Origin: Candidatus Saccharimonadota bacterium
Lineage (GTDB): Bacteria; Patescibacteriota; Saccharimonadia; UBA4664
Assembly (NCBI GenBank): GCA_019352195.1
Contig: JACAFG010000001.1
Span: 130,485-194,484, forward strand
Reading direction: 5' to 3'
DNA length: 64,000 nt
In this document: piece by piece, positions 29,815 through 38,975 of the stretch
Layout: each line of letters opens with the position of its first letter
How positions within the stretch are numbered: the first letter of the stretch is position 1
Notes under the pieces: generated by a model
The model's input: the letters and a program-made list of their open reading frames with translations, nothing else
Databases searched by the model: none
Told to the model about the DNA's origin: nothing
Program-made: the position numbers and the translations under genes

Positions 29815-30062
29815 TATAGTCATTTTTACTGCGTTTTAGCGCAATATAGCATTACATCAAGAGCTGAGAGGCTATGTTTGATTTGATTCAGCACGCAGCT
29901 AAGTAGCGCTAACAATAAAATATAAACAGACAACCACTGGCACCAAAGCGTTCAGAAGTGCCATCAATCCACAAAGCGCCATCACTAGCTTCCTCTGGAG
30001 GTCTTTCTGTCTTGGTAGGTTCTATAAAGGGCGTAGATATTGACCAAGATCGTAGCTCCGAA

Positions 30063-30081
30063 TACTGATAACATATCAGTA
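30063..30081. promoter_or_regulatory. Perfect palindrome TACTGATA-aca-TATCAGTA (operator-like) upstream of the first cassette gene
   Basis: Read directly in the sequence. A second 8-bp palindrome TGATATCA lies at 30095..30102. Confidence 0.3.
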
Positions 30082-30109
30082 CAGGGTCGTAGTCTGATAT
30101 CATAAGCTC

Positions 30110-30433
30110 ATGGATCACAAAGACCAGCAAAGCCCGCAACCATCCGAACGTGAGGGCTCAGAGCGTAGTAATACCGAAATTGATACCACAAAAGACCTGG
30201 AACGAATGGCTTTGGCCTCTGATTGGGCTCGAGCCGCGCACGACGTAGCCGAAACTACGCAAAACCCCGTCGCACTGCGCCTCGTTAAGAACTTCCTTAC
30301 GGATAGTGCCTTGGGGCATGAGACTCCGAATGGCGTGAGAAAGGTGGCGTCCTCAAGTGATAACCCCCCGAGAGTGGTGTTGGTCCCCGTTCTGCCGGTT
30401 GATTGTGATGTAAACGACCGGACTCGCGCTTAG
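30110..30433 (+). CDS. Hypothetical hydrophilic protein (cassette A, gene 1)
   Basis: 107-aa ORF with no motif. Its stop abuts the start of the next ORF (TAGTTGGCGCATAATGG context). Confidence 0.35.
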   Translation: MDHKDQQSPQPSEREGSERSNTEIDTTKDLERMALASDWARAAHDVAETTQNPVALRLVKNFLTDSALGHETPNGVRKVASSSDNPPRVVLVPVLPVDCDVNDRTRA

Positions 30434-30976
30434 TTGGCGCATAATGGAGGTCAAGCAGCCGCCTATTATGAAGGATCGCCGGGTTTCGTCTCGCTAAATG
30501 GGCGAGACGCAGTTGATCCTACCTGGAAAGGTATTTTGCTTTTGCACGAATTGGCACACGCAGAAGCGCATGATATGCAGCAGCGCAGGGGTGAAGATTA
30601 TAAAGAATCAGGCTGGTGGGACGAAGAGGTTGAAGTTTTTGCCTTTGAGCATGAGCTTATGGCAAAATTAGGTGGCGAATCATATGAAGTGTATGTAAAC
30701 GAGCAGCTCGAACAGTTTCTAGCAAAATACAATGATAGCGGGGTAGCTACAACAGGAGCTACGATTCCTCAGCTAACCGACGACGATCGCATCGAAGATG
30801 TTTTCGGCCCTAGCCTATCCGAGTGGGAGAGGAAGATCCGTAAAACAGCGGTTTGGTTTGATGTAGTTTATCGCATGTTTGACCGCAAATATGGCGAGCA
30901 CTCCCAACGGGACAAAAGAGGCTTCACAAAGCTTGTGTATGATCTCAACCGTAAAGACCGAGAGATCGAAAATTAA
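30434..30976 (+). CDS. Hypothetical protein with HExxH motif, a putative zinc metallopeptidase (ImmA/IrrE- or SprT-like)
   Basis: LLLHELAHAEAHD contains HELAH, with a downstream Glu-rich region. 180 aa. Confidence 0.35.
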   Translation: MAHNGGQAAAYYEGSPGFVSLNGRDAVDPTWKGILLLHELAHAEAHDMQQRRGEDYKESGWWDEEVEVFAFEHELMAKLGGESYEVYVNEQLEQFLAKYNDSGVATTGATIPQLTDDDRIEDVFGPSLSEWERKIRKTAVWFDVVYRMFDRKYGEHSQRDKRGFTKLVYDLNRKDREIEN

Positions 30977-31074
30977 TGTTTCGATTTGTATCAAATATTT
31001 GAAGAACCCTTAGTTGGAAACTTGAACCTTAGCTCACAACTTAAAGGGCATAGCTAACCCCACCCCCTGGCTCC

Positions 31075-31117
31075 GAGCGTAACCCAGTGCTAACAGACAC
31101 GACAATGCTCCACCAAA
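31075..31117 (+). repeat. Repeat R1: gagcgtaacccagtgctaacagacacgacaatgctccaccaaa, ending in the tRNA-Ala(GGC) 3'-end core atgctccacca
   Basis: Near-identical to R2 at 31784..31826 and related to R3 at 33991..34033. Its last 11 nt match tRNA 3' end positions 29804..29814. Confidence 0.8.
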
Positions 31118-31148
31118 GCAAAAACCCGGCCTTGTGCCGGGTTTTTGC
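31118..31148 (+). terminator. Intrinsic terminator hairpin after R1 (aaaaacccggc-cttgt-gccgggttttt)
   Basis: GC stem with a T-tract; because it also has an A-tract it is potentially bidirectional. Confidence 0.7.
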
Positions 31149-31350
31149 TTTGATAGTACGATCGGGATCGAATGTCGCGGGTTCGGTGACCGAGCGCCGT
31201 CTCGACGTGACAGTCTTCGAGACGAGGCACGAGAGAGGTGGGGAGGCCGCCTGTGGCAGGCGAGACACATCCCGTTATGCTCCGCCGACGTGCTCATACT
31301 TAAAGCCCCGAAAGGGTCTTTTCGATATAACAGCAAGGCTGGTACGCCTG

Positions 31351-31599
31351 CTAAGCTGCCTTTTCAACTAAGTCTATCCGTTTTTCTACGATATTGTATT
31401 CGGGAGTATGCTCAATGGTGGCCTCTATATCTGGCTGCTCGTGATCGGGAAAAACGACGAACCTTGCAATGTCCTTCGTAATTCTTTGGTACTCATCGAT
31501 ACGAAGTGGTATCACTCTGCCACAGTTAAGATCGGAGCATTCGCATCTAAAGTTTAGGGTTATGCTCTTGCCCGTGTCGCCCGGTGCTATTTCTTTCAC
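31351..31599 (-). CDS. Hypothetical small protein (cassette B)
   Basis: 82-aa ORF with CECSDLNC. It is the only substantial ORF between R1 and R2. Confidence 0.3.
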   Translation of the reverse strand: MKEIAPGDTGKSITLNFRCECSDLNCGRVIPLRIDEYQRITKDIARFVVFPDHEQPDIEATIEHTPEYNIVEKRIDLVEKAA

Positions 31600-31691
31600 T
31601 TTGTCAGCGAGTGAATCATTTCGACTCTGTAAGATAAACTCGTTTTCAGTCCACCTTATACCCCCCTATTTAGTGACGACTATATTAACAC

Positions 31692-31715
31692 AAACATAAA
31701 CATAAACATAAACCA
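31692..31715. repeat. Hexanucleotide microsatellite (acataa)x4
   Basis: aacataaacataaacataaacc read directly. Confidence 0.85.
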
Positions 31716-31783
31716 TAAGCCTTAGCTTTGTCAGCTTTGATGGCGACAATCACGGAGCATGGCTAACTTCAATCTCCGCCTCT

Positions 31784-31826
31784 GAGCGTAACCCAGTGCT
31801 AACAGACACGGCAATGCTCCACCAAA
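31784..31826 (+). repeat. Repeat R2 (copy of R1), ending in atgctccaccaaa
   Basis: 41 of 43 nt identical to R1. Extended similarity begins at ccttagct (31720), which also precedes R1 at 31027. Confidence 0.8.
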
Positions 31827-31870
31827 ATATCTTATTTGTACGCCTATGAGGCTAATAACGCGTCCACTCG

Positions 31871-31906
31871 ACACAAGCACCGCATTGCCGGTGCTTGTGT
31901 TTTGTT
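31871..31906 (+). terminator. Intrinsic terminator hairpin after R2 (acacaagcaccg-cattgc-cggtgcttgtgt + tttgtt)
   Basis: 12-bp stem followed by a T-tract. Confidence 0.65.
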
Positions 31907-32073
31907 GTGTGGTTGAGGCGTAAGCGGGTTCGAGTCTCCTAAGGTCTCTTAAATACATTTGAGCGAAACCAGGTAGTGGCATAAATATGACACAATTTGC
32001 CTGGACTGATTAGGACATCTCTGTTATAAGATGTTCAGTTCTTACTCGTTCTTTTACAACCAGGAGTGAAACC

Positions 32074-32844
32074 ATGACTACGCCCGACAGGATCCGCCCT
32101 CGTTCGCTGGTTACGGCCGGCCGCAAGCCGCTTATTGTTCGTACGGCTAGCGGCCAGCTCGCCACGCCGAAGCCAGGCGAACGCATTACCCTGGATGATG
32201 CCAAGAGGCTGGTGGATGTCGTTTTTGCATTCGACACGACCGGCTCCATGTCCAGCAAGCTTCAGGGCTTGCAAAATTGTATGGCGGAGTTCATCCAGGA
32301 AATCGTCAAATTTCTGCTGGACTGGCAGTTCTCCCTCGTACCCTTCGGAGACCTAACGGTCCCCGGCGACAAGATCGTCGACAATCTTCCGTTCGTCAAC
32401 GATGCGGAGGCGGCAATCCGGATGATCCGGAGCGCTCCGCACTTCAGCGGCGGCAGCAATACCGGTGAATCTTCGCTCGAAGCGATGCAGGCGGCGATGT
32501 TCAAGCCGTACCGCAAGGGTGCGGTCAAGGTGATCGTTTTGCTAACTGATGAGCCTCCTCTCACGAGTCGGCAGCTCACGACCGAGGTGATCAATCTGCA
32601 GCTGCAGCAAAGGGAGTTCATCTGCTTTGTGGCTTCACCGTCTGGCCACGGCTATGAGGCCTTGGCCCACGACAACGGCGGCAAGTGGTACCCCATCGGG
32701 AGTTCCCTCAACACGGCCGACCTGCTGCAGTTCCTTCGCCAGCTACTCAAGAATGTCTCGCGGGTGTCCAATGACGTCCACCGCTTAGGCTGGGGATCCG
32801 TGGCTCGCTATCTTGCCAATCCTGATCGCAAAGTCCTGGAATAG
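32074..32844 (+). CDS. von Willebrand factor type A (vWA) domain protein, cytoplasmic, with intact MIDAS
   Basis: VVFAFDTTGSM is the DxSxS-type MIDAS motif, with SGGSNTGESSLEAM and VIVLLTDEPP motifs. No signal peptide. Confidence 0.75.
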   Translation: MTTPDRIRPRSLVTAGRKPLIVRTASGQLATPKPGERITLDDAKRLVDVVFAFDTTGSMSSKLQGLQNCMAEFIQEIVKFLLDWQFSLVPFGDLTVPGDKIVDNLPFVNDAEAAIRMIRSAPHFSGGSNTGESSLEAMQAAMFKPYRKGAVKVIVLLTDEPPLTSRQLTTEVINLQLQQREFICFVASPSGHGYEALAHDNGGKWYPIGSSLNTADLLQFLRQLLKNVSRVSNDVHRLGWGSVARYLANPDRKVLE

Positions 32845-32853
32845 GAGGCCTCG

Positions 32854-33777
32854 ATGTCCGTCCGCGCCAACAACCCTAACGCTGATTTCTATGTGCGGCT
32901 CGAGGTTGACGAAGACTGCACATCAGATCAGCTCAAGGCGTCCTATCGCAGGCTCGCCCACAAGTTGCACCCCGACACCAACCCCGACCCAGTTGCAGCC
33001 GAACAATTTAAGCTTGTCTGCTTGGCTTACGAAACGCTCGGTGACCCAAGTCGCCGGGCAGAATACGACCAACTGCGACAAGATCATTATCTCTCACAGC
33101 CGCCAATCCTCCGTCTCAGCGAAGTTTCGGTGGACTTTGGTTCGGTCCGGGCCGGAGAGAAAGTAGACCGGGTCGTATACATCTACAACGATGGCGGCGA
33201 TGGGGTGGGCGAGAATCTGGAGTGCACCACCTCCCCGATCTCAGGACCGTTTTGGCTTGTCGACGTTGCGGGGTTGGACGATTCTGATCCGGCCGACGCG
33301 ATTGGCAAGCTTGTGTTTACGACGGCGGTCGGCGCGAACGAGTTAGCTAGTGCGATCCAGCAGGAGATCCTGATCCACCTCATCAGTCGCCCTGACGTTT
33401 CTTCCCGGACTCTCGGATTGAAGGCAGAAGTAATTGAATCGCTTCGAGTAGCCCCCGCTTCATTTGGTGCCGTCACTTTCGACCATGCGACCGGGGTATC
33501 AGGTACTTCTCGAGACGGGACTTCGGCTCCGTATCGCCCTTATGTACGCTCCGGGACGTCGGCAACATCAGAAGCGCCTCGAATGATAACCGCACTCGTG
33601 GCGTGCTTGGCATACATCTGCGGACCATTCTTAACTATCTACTACGTCGTCAACGGAGGACATGCATCAGCGCCCATGCACAGTGCATGGCAAGGCCTGG
33701 TGACCTGGTGTTGCTTCGGTTGGCTGACTTCGTGTTTCTTGGTTGTCCCGATTATCTGGGAGTACATCGTCGATTAG
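32854..33777 (+). CDS. J-domain (DnaJ-like) protein with C-terminal double TM anchor
   Basis: N-terminal DFYVRLEV...YRRLAHKLHPDTNPD...FKLVCLAYETLGDPSRRAEYD is a J-domain with the HPD motif. The C-terminus has two hydrophobic helices. GGAGG SD lies 5 nt upstream and the start is 10 nt after the vWA stop. Confidence 0.75.
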   Translation: MSVRANNPNADFYVRLEVDEDCTSDQLKASYRRLAHKLHPDTNPDPVAAEQFKLVCLAYETLGDPSRRAEYDQLRQDHYLSQPPILRLSEVSVDFGSVRAGEKVDRVVYIYNDGGDGVGENLECTTSPISGPFWLVDVAGLDDSDPADAIGKLVFTTAVGANELASAIQQEILIHLISRPDVSSRTLGLKAEVIESLRVAPASFGAVTFDHATGVSGTSRDGTSAPYRPYVRSGTSATSEAPRMITALVACLAYICGPFLTIYYVVNGGHASAPMHSAWQGLVTWCCFGWLTSCFLVVPIIWEYIVD

Positions 33778-33919
33778 GAGCCACGTACGGCACTTCTAGG
33801 CTGTCCTGCCCGTCCTTGTGAGGCAGCTCATCCATGATTAAGAGTTGGCGAGTGCAGGTGGCTGGGTGAGCCAGGGGCATCCGGAACATCCCATCAACTC
33901 ATCTGCCACGTTAGATTAA

Positions 33920-33947
33920 GGCCCCCGGCGCTACGGCGTCGGGGGCC
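33920..33947 (+). terminator. GC-rich hairpin after the J-domain gene (ggcccccggcg-ctac-ggcgtcgggggcc)
   Basis: About 12-bp stem, but the downstream U-tract is weak. Confidence 0.45.
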
Positions 33948-33990
33948 TATTACATGCAGAAGAAGATACTCGGTTCTGCGCCTGGCCAAC

Positions 33991-34033
33991 TCCCGCTTCG
34001 CAGCGCAACGCAGTGCTAACAGAGCACACGATG
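33991..34033 (+). repeat. Repeat R3 (diverged copy): cagcgcaacgcagtgctaacagagcacacgatgctccaccaaa
   Basis: Shares cagtgctaacaga...atgctccaccaaa with R1 and R2 and is followed by terminator 34037..34070. Confidence 0.7.
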
Positions 34034-34036
34034 CTC

Positions 34037-34070
34037 CACCAAAATAAACACCCGAGCCCCAACCTCGGGT
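34037..34070 (+). terminator. Intrinsic terminator after R3 (acacccgag-ccccaacc-tcgggtgt + ttcttttg)
   Basis: Stem-loop with a T-tract. Confidence 0.65.
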
Positions 34071-34117
34071 GTTTCTTTTGGTTTCAGAGCCATAAATACT
34101 CCTGTACAATATCGCTT

Positions 34118-34603
34118 ATGGATAATACCCCGTTAGTTGACCAGTTGCGTGGCTACGCTCGCCGCGGTGTCAGCTTCGCCGTTGCTCGCGACGCGCTAGG
34201 TCAGGCCGGATGGAGCCAAGCCGAAATCGAGGCTGCAGCTGAGCAGTTTCCGTATGATTTAGTTCAACATGGTGCCGACGTAGATGGAGACGCCAATTCA
34301 TCGAGTGAGGCAGCTGCTATGGCACTGGGCGTCGCAGCCTTAAACGATCAGCGCAGTGATGCGCGTGATGTAGCTATTGCAGATGGTTTGGATGGCGGCA
34401 TGGGACCTGATCTCCAGTCGCAAAGTTATTACGAATCGAAGTTTTATGATGACATCGGTATTCCTTGGTACGTCTGGATCGGCGTACAGTTTGGTATAGG
34501 CGCTTTAGCTTATGTCCTGAATTTGCCAGGCTGGGTTACAGTAGTAGCCGTCGTATGGCTCGCAGCATATACCCTCTATAAGGCATACCAGCGCTTCCAT
34601 TGA
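34118..34603 (+). CDS. Hypothetical protein with C-terminal TM helices
   Basis: Start set at ATG 34118 after R3. The C-terminal hydrophobic segments are WYVWIGVQFGIGALAYVL and VTVVAVVWLAAYTLY. Confidence 0.4.
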   Translation: MDNTPLVDQLRGYARRGVSFAVARDALGQAGWSQAEIEAAAEQFPYDLVQHGADVDGDANSSSEAAAMALGVAALNDQRSDARDVAIADGLDGGMGPDLQSQSYYESKFYDDIGIPWYVWIGVQFGIGALAYVLNLPGWVTVVAVVWLAAYTLYKAYQRFH

Positions 34604-34848
34604 CGTTGATAGAATTTAGATGTGTTATTAGACCACGCTGAATTGTGTGTCTGGATAAGATTAGTTTGTATAGTACAGCGCTATCAGAACATATAATGCT
34701 CTACCATTGAGTACTGATTATGCTAACTGTACTTTTCTCAAGGCTGAAATAGTGCTTCTAATATAATCACTCGTTTCTCAGCTAACTATAAGCTTAGAAA
34801 TTGAAGATGCCGATTATTTAGACCTTACTGTGCATCTGTAGGCGCGGT

Positions 34849-35253
34849 CTAAAGATCTGGGCCAGCGAACTCTTGACGGGCGGACTGGTTAATTTCTTGA
34901 AGCGCCCAAGTATTTCCATCGGGGTCAGCGAAATAAGCGTATTTTACTCCGCCGCCCATATCGTTGATGTCGCTGATGCTAAGGCCACGGTTTGCTAATT
35001 GGTCATGCATGACGTTTATATCTTCAACTACGAGATGTGTATTTCGAACAATGCCGTCTTTAGGATTCAAGCCCATGCCAGTTCCGATTACAATCGAGCA
35101 GGCCGATCCTGGTGGGGTCAGCTGGACGACTCTAAGACCGTTTCCGGGCTCTACATCGTGATCGACATGAAAACCAAGCGTGTTTGCGTAAAACGATTTG
35201 CTCTTGTCGACATCAGATACCGGGATAGAGACCAACTCAAGCTTCATGTTCAT
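34849..35253 (-). CDS. VOC/glyoxalase-bleomycin resistance family protein
   Basis: N-terminal LELVSIPVSDVDKSKSFYANTLGF is the glyoxalase-fold signature. 134 aa. Confidence 0.75.
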   Translation of the reverse strand: MNMKLELVSIPVSDVDKSKSFYANTLGFHVDHDVEPGNGLRVVQLTPPGSACSIVIGTGMGLNPKDGIVRNTHLVVEDINVMHDQLANRGLSISDINDMGGGVKYAYFADPDGNTWALQEINQSARQEFAGPDL

Positions 35254-35482
35254 GAAAATTCCTACTTAGGTTAAGTTAGTTATGAATGGTACCATTCGGG
35301 CGAAATTGAATCTATTTCGATTTTCGTAATAATCCAACGCACGGTGTATAGCTACAGCTTGAACCGCCATGGCGCCAAGCTCGATGATGCTTCTTTTGAA
35401 GACGACCATACTGAGCGATCATCCATAGCAACCGTAATAAATCATCATTCCACCAAGCCAACCGAAGGCACGGGCCTCAATG

Positions 35483-36103
35483 CTACGAAGTTTTGGCACA
35501 ACCATGCAGGAGCACGCCCTTAGTTTGCCGTTCCGCACTGCCGCCAGGAGCTGCGACACCTAGGGTTTGTCCAACGCTCACTGGCGTCGTGAATTGACAC
35601 GTCACCGCGTAGGGGCGCCCCGTGACAAACGTAGCCAGTGTCACACCGTTGTTTTGCTGCGTGCTAGCTACAGTGGCCGTGAACAGGACCGTAGCATCGC
35701 CATAGCTGCTGTAAAAGCCGTCTTGCTGCATGGCATCGGCTAGTTGCGCCACACTAACCTGTTGAATACCCTGAGTCCGTCGCGCGTGCAAATTACCAAC
35801 CCAAAACGAAGCAATGTTACCGATCACCAGGGCAGCAATAACGCCACCGATGATAATTTTAAGATTCCGGCCCATATTCATGTCAACCCCATTCGTTAAA
35901 TGTTCTTTGGCGGCGCTCGCCGGTAAGTCTACGAGTGCCCGGCCCCAAATAGCCATTCGTGCCAGGTGATTTGGTTCGCCGGCCAACATATCGTCAAAGG
36001 TTTGCGTCATTGGTTGGGCATAGCGTTTTCGGTAGCGAGTAGGGTAGAGATAAAGCAATTTACCGTAGATCTCGCCAGACCGTCGGCTAGATAGTTGTGC
36101 CAT
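35483..36103 (-). CDS. Hypothetical membrane protein co-transcribed with the PadR regulator
   Basis: One TM helix (IIIGGVIAALVIGNIASFWV). Start trimmed to the ATG overlapping the end of padR. Confidence 0.4.
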   Translation of the reverse strand: MAQLSSRRSGEIYGKLLYLYPTRYRKRYAQPMTQTFDDMLAGEPNHLARMAIWGRALVDLPASAAKEHLTNGVDMNMGRNLKIIIGGVIAALVIGNIASFWVGNLHARRTQGIQQVSVAQLADAMQQDGFYSSYGDATVLFTATVASTQQNNGVTLATFVTGRPYAVTCQFTTPVSVGQTLGVAAPGGSAERQTKGVLLHGCAKTS

Positions 36104-36428
36104 ATCCAATCTCCAAGATGCGGCGTTCGCGCGCCAGTTCGACACTGGTCCGGTAATACGCAACCTCATGACCGAGAACCTTCTTACCAGCCTCAGTCAG
36201 TCGGTAGTAACGCCGACGGATATCTTCGGTGTGCTCAACCTCCTTAATGAGGCCTTGTTCATTGAGCTGCTTAATACTGGTGTACAGCGCGCCGGGGCTT
36301 AATTTTATTTTGCCGTCACTATCCTCAGTTATTTGTTTGATAATTTCATAGCCGTGCCGTTCCTTAAGGCTCAGCGCCAGCAAAATCCCAAACGCAACTT
36401 GGGGTAATTGGTTGTAGATTCGTTTCAT
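36087..36428 (-). CDS. PadR-family transcriptional regulator
   Basis: HGYEIIKQITEDSDGKIKLSPGALYTSIKQLNEQGLI is the PadR winged-helix signature. 113 aa. Confidence 0.8.
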   Translation of the reverse strand: MKRIYNQLPQVAFGILLALSLKERHGYEIIKQITEDSDGKIKLSPGALYTSIKQLNEQGLIKEVEHTEDIRRRYYRLTEAGKKVLGHEVAYYRTSVELARERRILEIGYGTTI

Positions 36429-36919
36429 TCTTTGAGAATATATCTAACTTAGTATTACGTCAAATTTAGATATAGTTAATGTGTTCGTTCTAAACTGCTA
36501 ATGGTATATTATTGCTCTAGAAAAGGATGATGCATGCAGCTGTTTGCCAAAAACAAATACGCCATTGGTGTGTTAGTCGGCGTCGCGGTACTTAGTTACG
36601 GCTTATATCTCATGCGCTACGGCGTTCAATACCCAAGCCTCAGTTTCACCGTTCTCGGGATCATAATTGCGGGCTTATTTGCGGTGCTGGCAGCCAAACA
36701 AGAGCATAACGGGGCCGCTAAGAGGGCCTCAAAGTGTTTGCCGCGCTGGGAATCGTAGCCATTATTGCTGCCGTTATACTATTGCGACTGCTGTGGAATG
36801 TAGCTAGCCAATTGCACTAGCATGAGCAGATGATTCGGTCGTAACCGGGTCCAACGCAATAGAAAAGTGCCCGTCAACAATCTGACGGGCACTTTCGGAT
36901 AGATGTTAGTGGCTGCCCC

Positions 36920-37630
36920 TTAACAGCCTGAGCACTTGTCGAACGCTACCCCAACAAAGCCGTGGATGCTGGCGTTCTCGGGCAGATCGGCGCGCCGGAT
37001 GGTGACGTCGGCAAGACCGCTAAAGACATTTGCCTTCGCGGCCACCAACTCCGGGAGTGCCCGCTGCATGGTTTGGCGCGGATCCTCGTTGCTCTGCGGA
37101 CGCCAGTGCTCCATGAAGGCAATCGGTTTGGGATCGAGAAAGTACTGACGCAAATCGTCGGCCGCTTCTGCCGGAGACGCTTCCAGATAGATAACGAAGC
37201 AGGTCTCGTACAACTGGCGCAGAATTTCCCCCTTGGTATGAGCCGCGTCTTGGATGAGCGGTAAACTGCCCGTTGAGTCGACTACGATATTGCCGGGTAC
37301 GCCGCTGTGAAACTCATCGAGGATGCCGAGGACGGCTTGAGTTTCGAGTTGGATGTAGCGTGCTTCGTGCGCGGCGTATCGCTCGTCCCAGGGCTGTCCC
37401 ATCCATTTGGAGACGCCGCCGATGCCGGTGTAGCCCAGCGCATCCAGTTCGGGGCGCAGTCGCTCTTCGATGATGTCATCGATGCCGACTACCCGGAACG
37501 GGTATTGCATGTCGAGTTCGGCAAACTTACGGCTCCAATACGATTTGCCTTGGCCCGACGGACCAACGAGTAGGATGCGGGCTTGGCCGCGCTTGATGTC
37601 GAGCAACAGCTGCTCACGAGACAACAACAT
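36920..37630 (-). CDS. P-loop ATPase/kinase (AAA-like)
   Basis: Walker A LVGPSGQGKS and a Walker B-like VVGIDD. Confidence 0.5.
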   Translation of the reverse strand: MLLSREQLLLDIKRGQARILLVGPSGQGKSYWSRKFAELDMQYPFRVVGIDDIIEERLRPELDALGYTGIGGVSKWMGQPWDERYAAHEARYIQLETQAVLGILDEFHSGVPGNIVVDSTGSLPLIQDAAHTKGEILRQLYETCFVIYLEASPAEAADDLRQYFLDPKPIAFMEHWRPQSNEDPRQTMQRALPELVAAKANVFSGLADVTIRRADLPENASIHGFVGVAFDKCSGC

Positions 37631-37753
37631 GAACGGGCTCCTAACCAGACGGTGAACACGGACTTTGAACAAACGCTATTATGACATACCAACCTGGGTT
37701 ATACGAGTAATTGGCGAACTAGCTAGCTGATCTAGCCGTGCTAGTATCAAATA

Positions 37754-38299
37754 ATGGATTCCACCCAGATAGATTTGCTTGAATCTATTTTAGTCAAAAC
37801 CAGGACAATTATTGCCGGCGTACGTCTAGGGCAACTGCAGCTGCCAACACCGTGCCCGCAGTACACGGTAGAGGCGCTCGTGAGTCATACGCTTAGTTGG
37901 CTCAATAAGTTTGCCGTTGAAGCCGCTGACCCGGGCGCCGAAATTGATCCGGCCCATTATGTTTTACCAACGAATGCTGCCTCCGACTTTCATTTGCATG
38001 CGGACCAGCTCGTAACAGCACTTCGCCAACGCCCAAACCATTCGCCGGCTGGCAGTATGCTCCTCATCGAATATATTGTTCATGGTTGGGATATCGCTGT
38101 TGCCACGGCTCAACCCGTCACGTACTCCGACAGTGAAGCGGGCGCCGCGCTCACAGTTGCCCACGCCATTATGAGGCCGGAATATCGAGGCCCGAACAGC
38201 GTTTTTGGTTACAAAGTTACACCACCGCCGCACGCTGGCATCACTGAACAATTAGTTGCTTTTATGGGCCGAAGTCCCCGGTGGACACCAAAAACTTAG
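37754..38299 (+). CDS. DinB/YfiT-like (maleylpyruvate-isomerase N-terminal domain, TIGR03086-like) protein
   Basis: The four-helix-bundle pattern with the conserved HGWD (HGWDIAVATAQP) is typical of this Actinobacteria-rich family. Confidence 0.45.
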   Translation: MDSTQIDLLESILVKTRTIIAGVRLGQLQLPTPCPQYTVEALVSHTLSWLNKFAVEAADPGAEIDPAHYVLPTNAASDFHLHADQLVTALRQRPNHSPAGSMLLIEYIVHGWDIAVATAQPVTYSDSEAGAALTVAHAIMRPEYRGPNSVFGYKVTPPPHAGITEQLVAFMGRSPRWTPKT

Positions 38300-38377
38300 C
38301 CTCTAGAAATCTTTTCCCATTGCGCTAATGCCCGTAGTCTGGTTTGATCGAGAGTAGTATTTACGAAGGACACCATT

Positions 38378-38890
38378 ATGGCTAAAGACGCCAAAGATTC
38401 AAAAGAGAAATCATCAGACAAAATTGAAAGCAAAGTCAGCGAAGTAAAAGAAACCAAGGAAGCAACAGTTTCTACCGCTGCACCTAAGGGTGATTGGGCC
38501 ATCGAGCGCACCGCCTCGCACCACTATTCGGACATGGCCAAAATTTCGGCTGGATTGTTTATTGGCGTGTTAGCGCTCATGGTGTTCTTGCTCAGCGTTG
38601 GCTTGCAACACCCAAAGCCGCTTATCCGTGACTTCCTCTACATTGCGCTCGTCGCGCTTGGTCTTAACCTGTTGTTTTACCAGCTAGGTCAAATTATGGA
38701 GGCCGCTGCCATTGCCAAGTCTAAGACTTCAGCGGATGGCGCGAAGGCTCGCCACACCCTCGGTGGTGTTCGCATCGTTCAGCAGCTAATTTTTGCGGTC
38801 GCCATCGTAGCTACGGTTGGTTTTGCTATTGCCGCCTCACAGCTGTTCTTTGTCGCCGCCGCAACACAAACCCAGCCTCAAACTCAGTAG
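38378..38890 (+). CDS. Hypothetical membrane protein (Lys/Glu-rich N-terminus, 3-4 TM helices)
   Basis: Good SD context and strong hydrophobic helices. It is followed by a strong terminator. Confidence 0.5.
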   Translation: MAKDAKDSKEKSSDKIESKVSEVKETKEATVSTAAPKGDWAIERTASHHYSDMAKISAGLFIGVLALMVFLLSVGLQHPKPLIRDFLYIALVALGLNLLFYQLGQIMEAAAIAKSKTSADGAKARHTLGGVRIVQQLIFAVAIVATVGFAIAASQLFFVAAATQTQPQTQ

Positions 38891-38902
38891 TTCTCGCCCA
38901 TT

Positions 38903-38932
38903 AAAAACCGCCGAGTTCGCTCGGCGGTTTTT
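38903..38932. terminator. Intrinsic terminator (aaaaaccgccgag-ttcg-ctcggcggttttt)
   Basis: Perfect 13-bp stem with a TTCG loop and flanking A- and T-tracts. Confidence 0.8.
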
Positions 38933-38975
38933 TAATGGTTTGAAATATATATTTCTAAATGCAATCATAAGGGTT

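Noticed and set aside
31075-34033. Could the R1/R2/R3 repeats be a CRISPR array or integron attC sites?
   Set aside because: The intervals between copies are 0.7-2.1 kb and contain whole genes with their own terminators. This is not an array of regular 25-50-bp spacers. R1 starts GCGTAAC, close to an attC R-box, but there is no inverse core (GTTRRRY) at the other end and no intI nearby. I therefore prefer tRNA-att remnants or an sRNA family.
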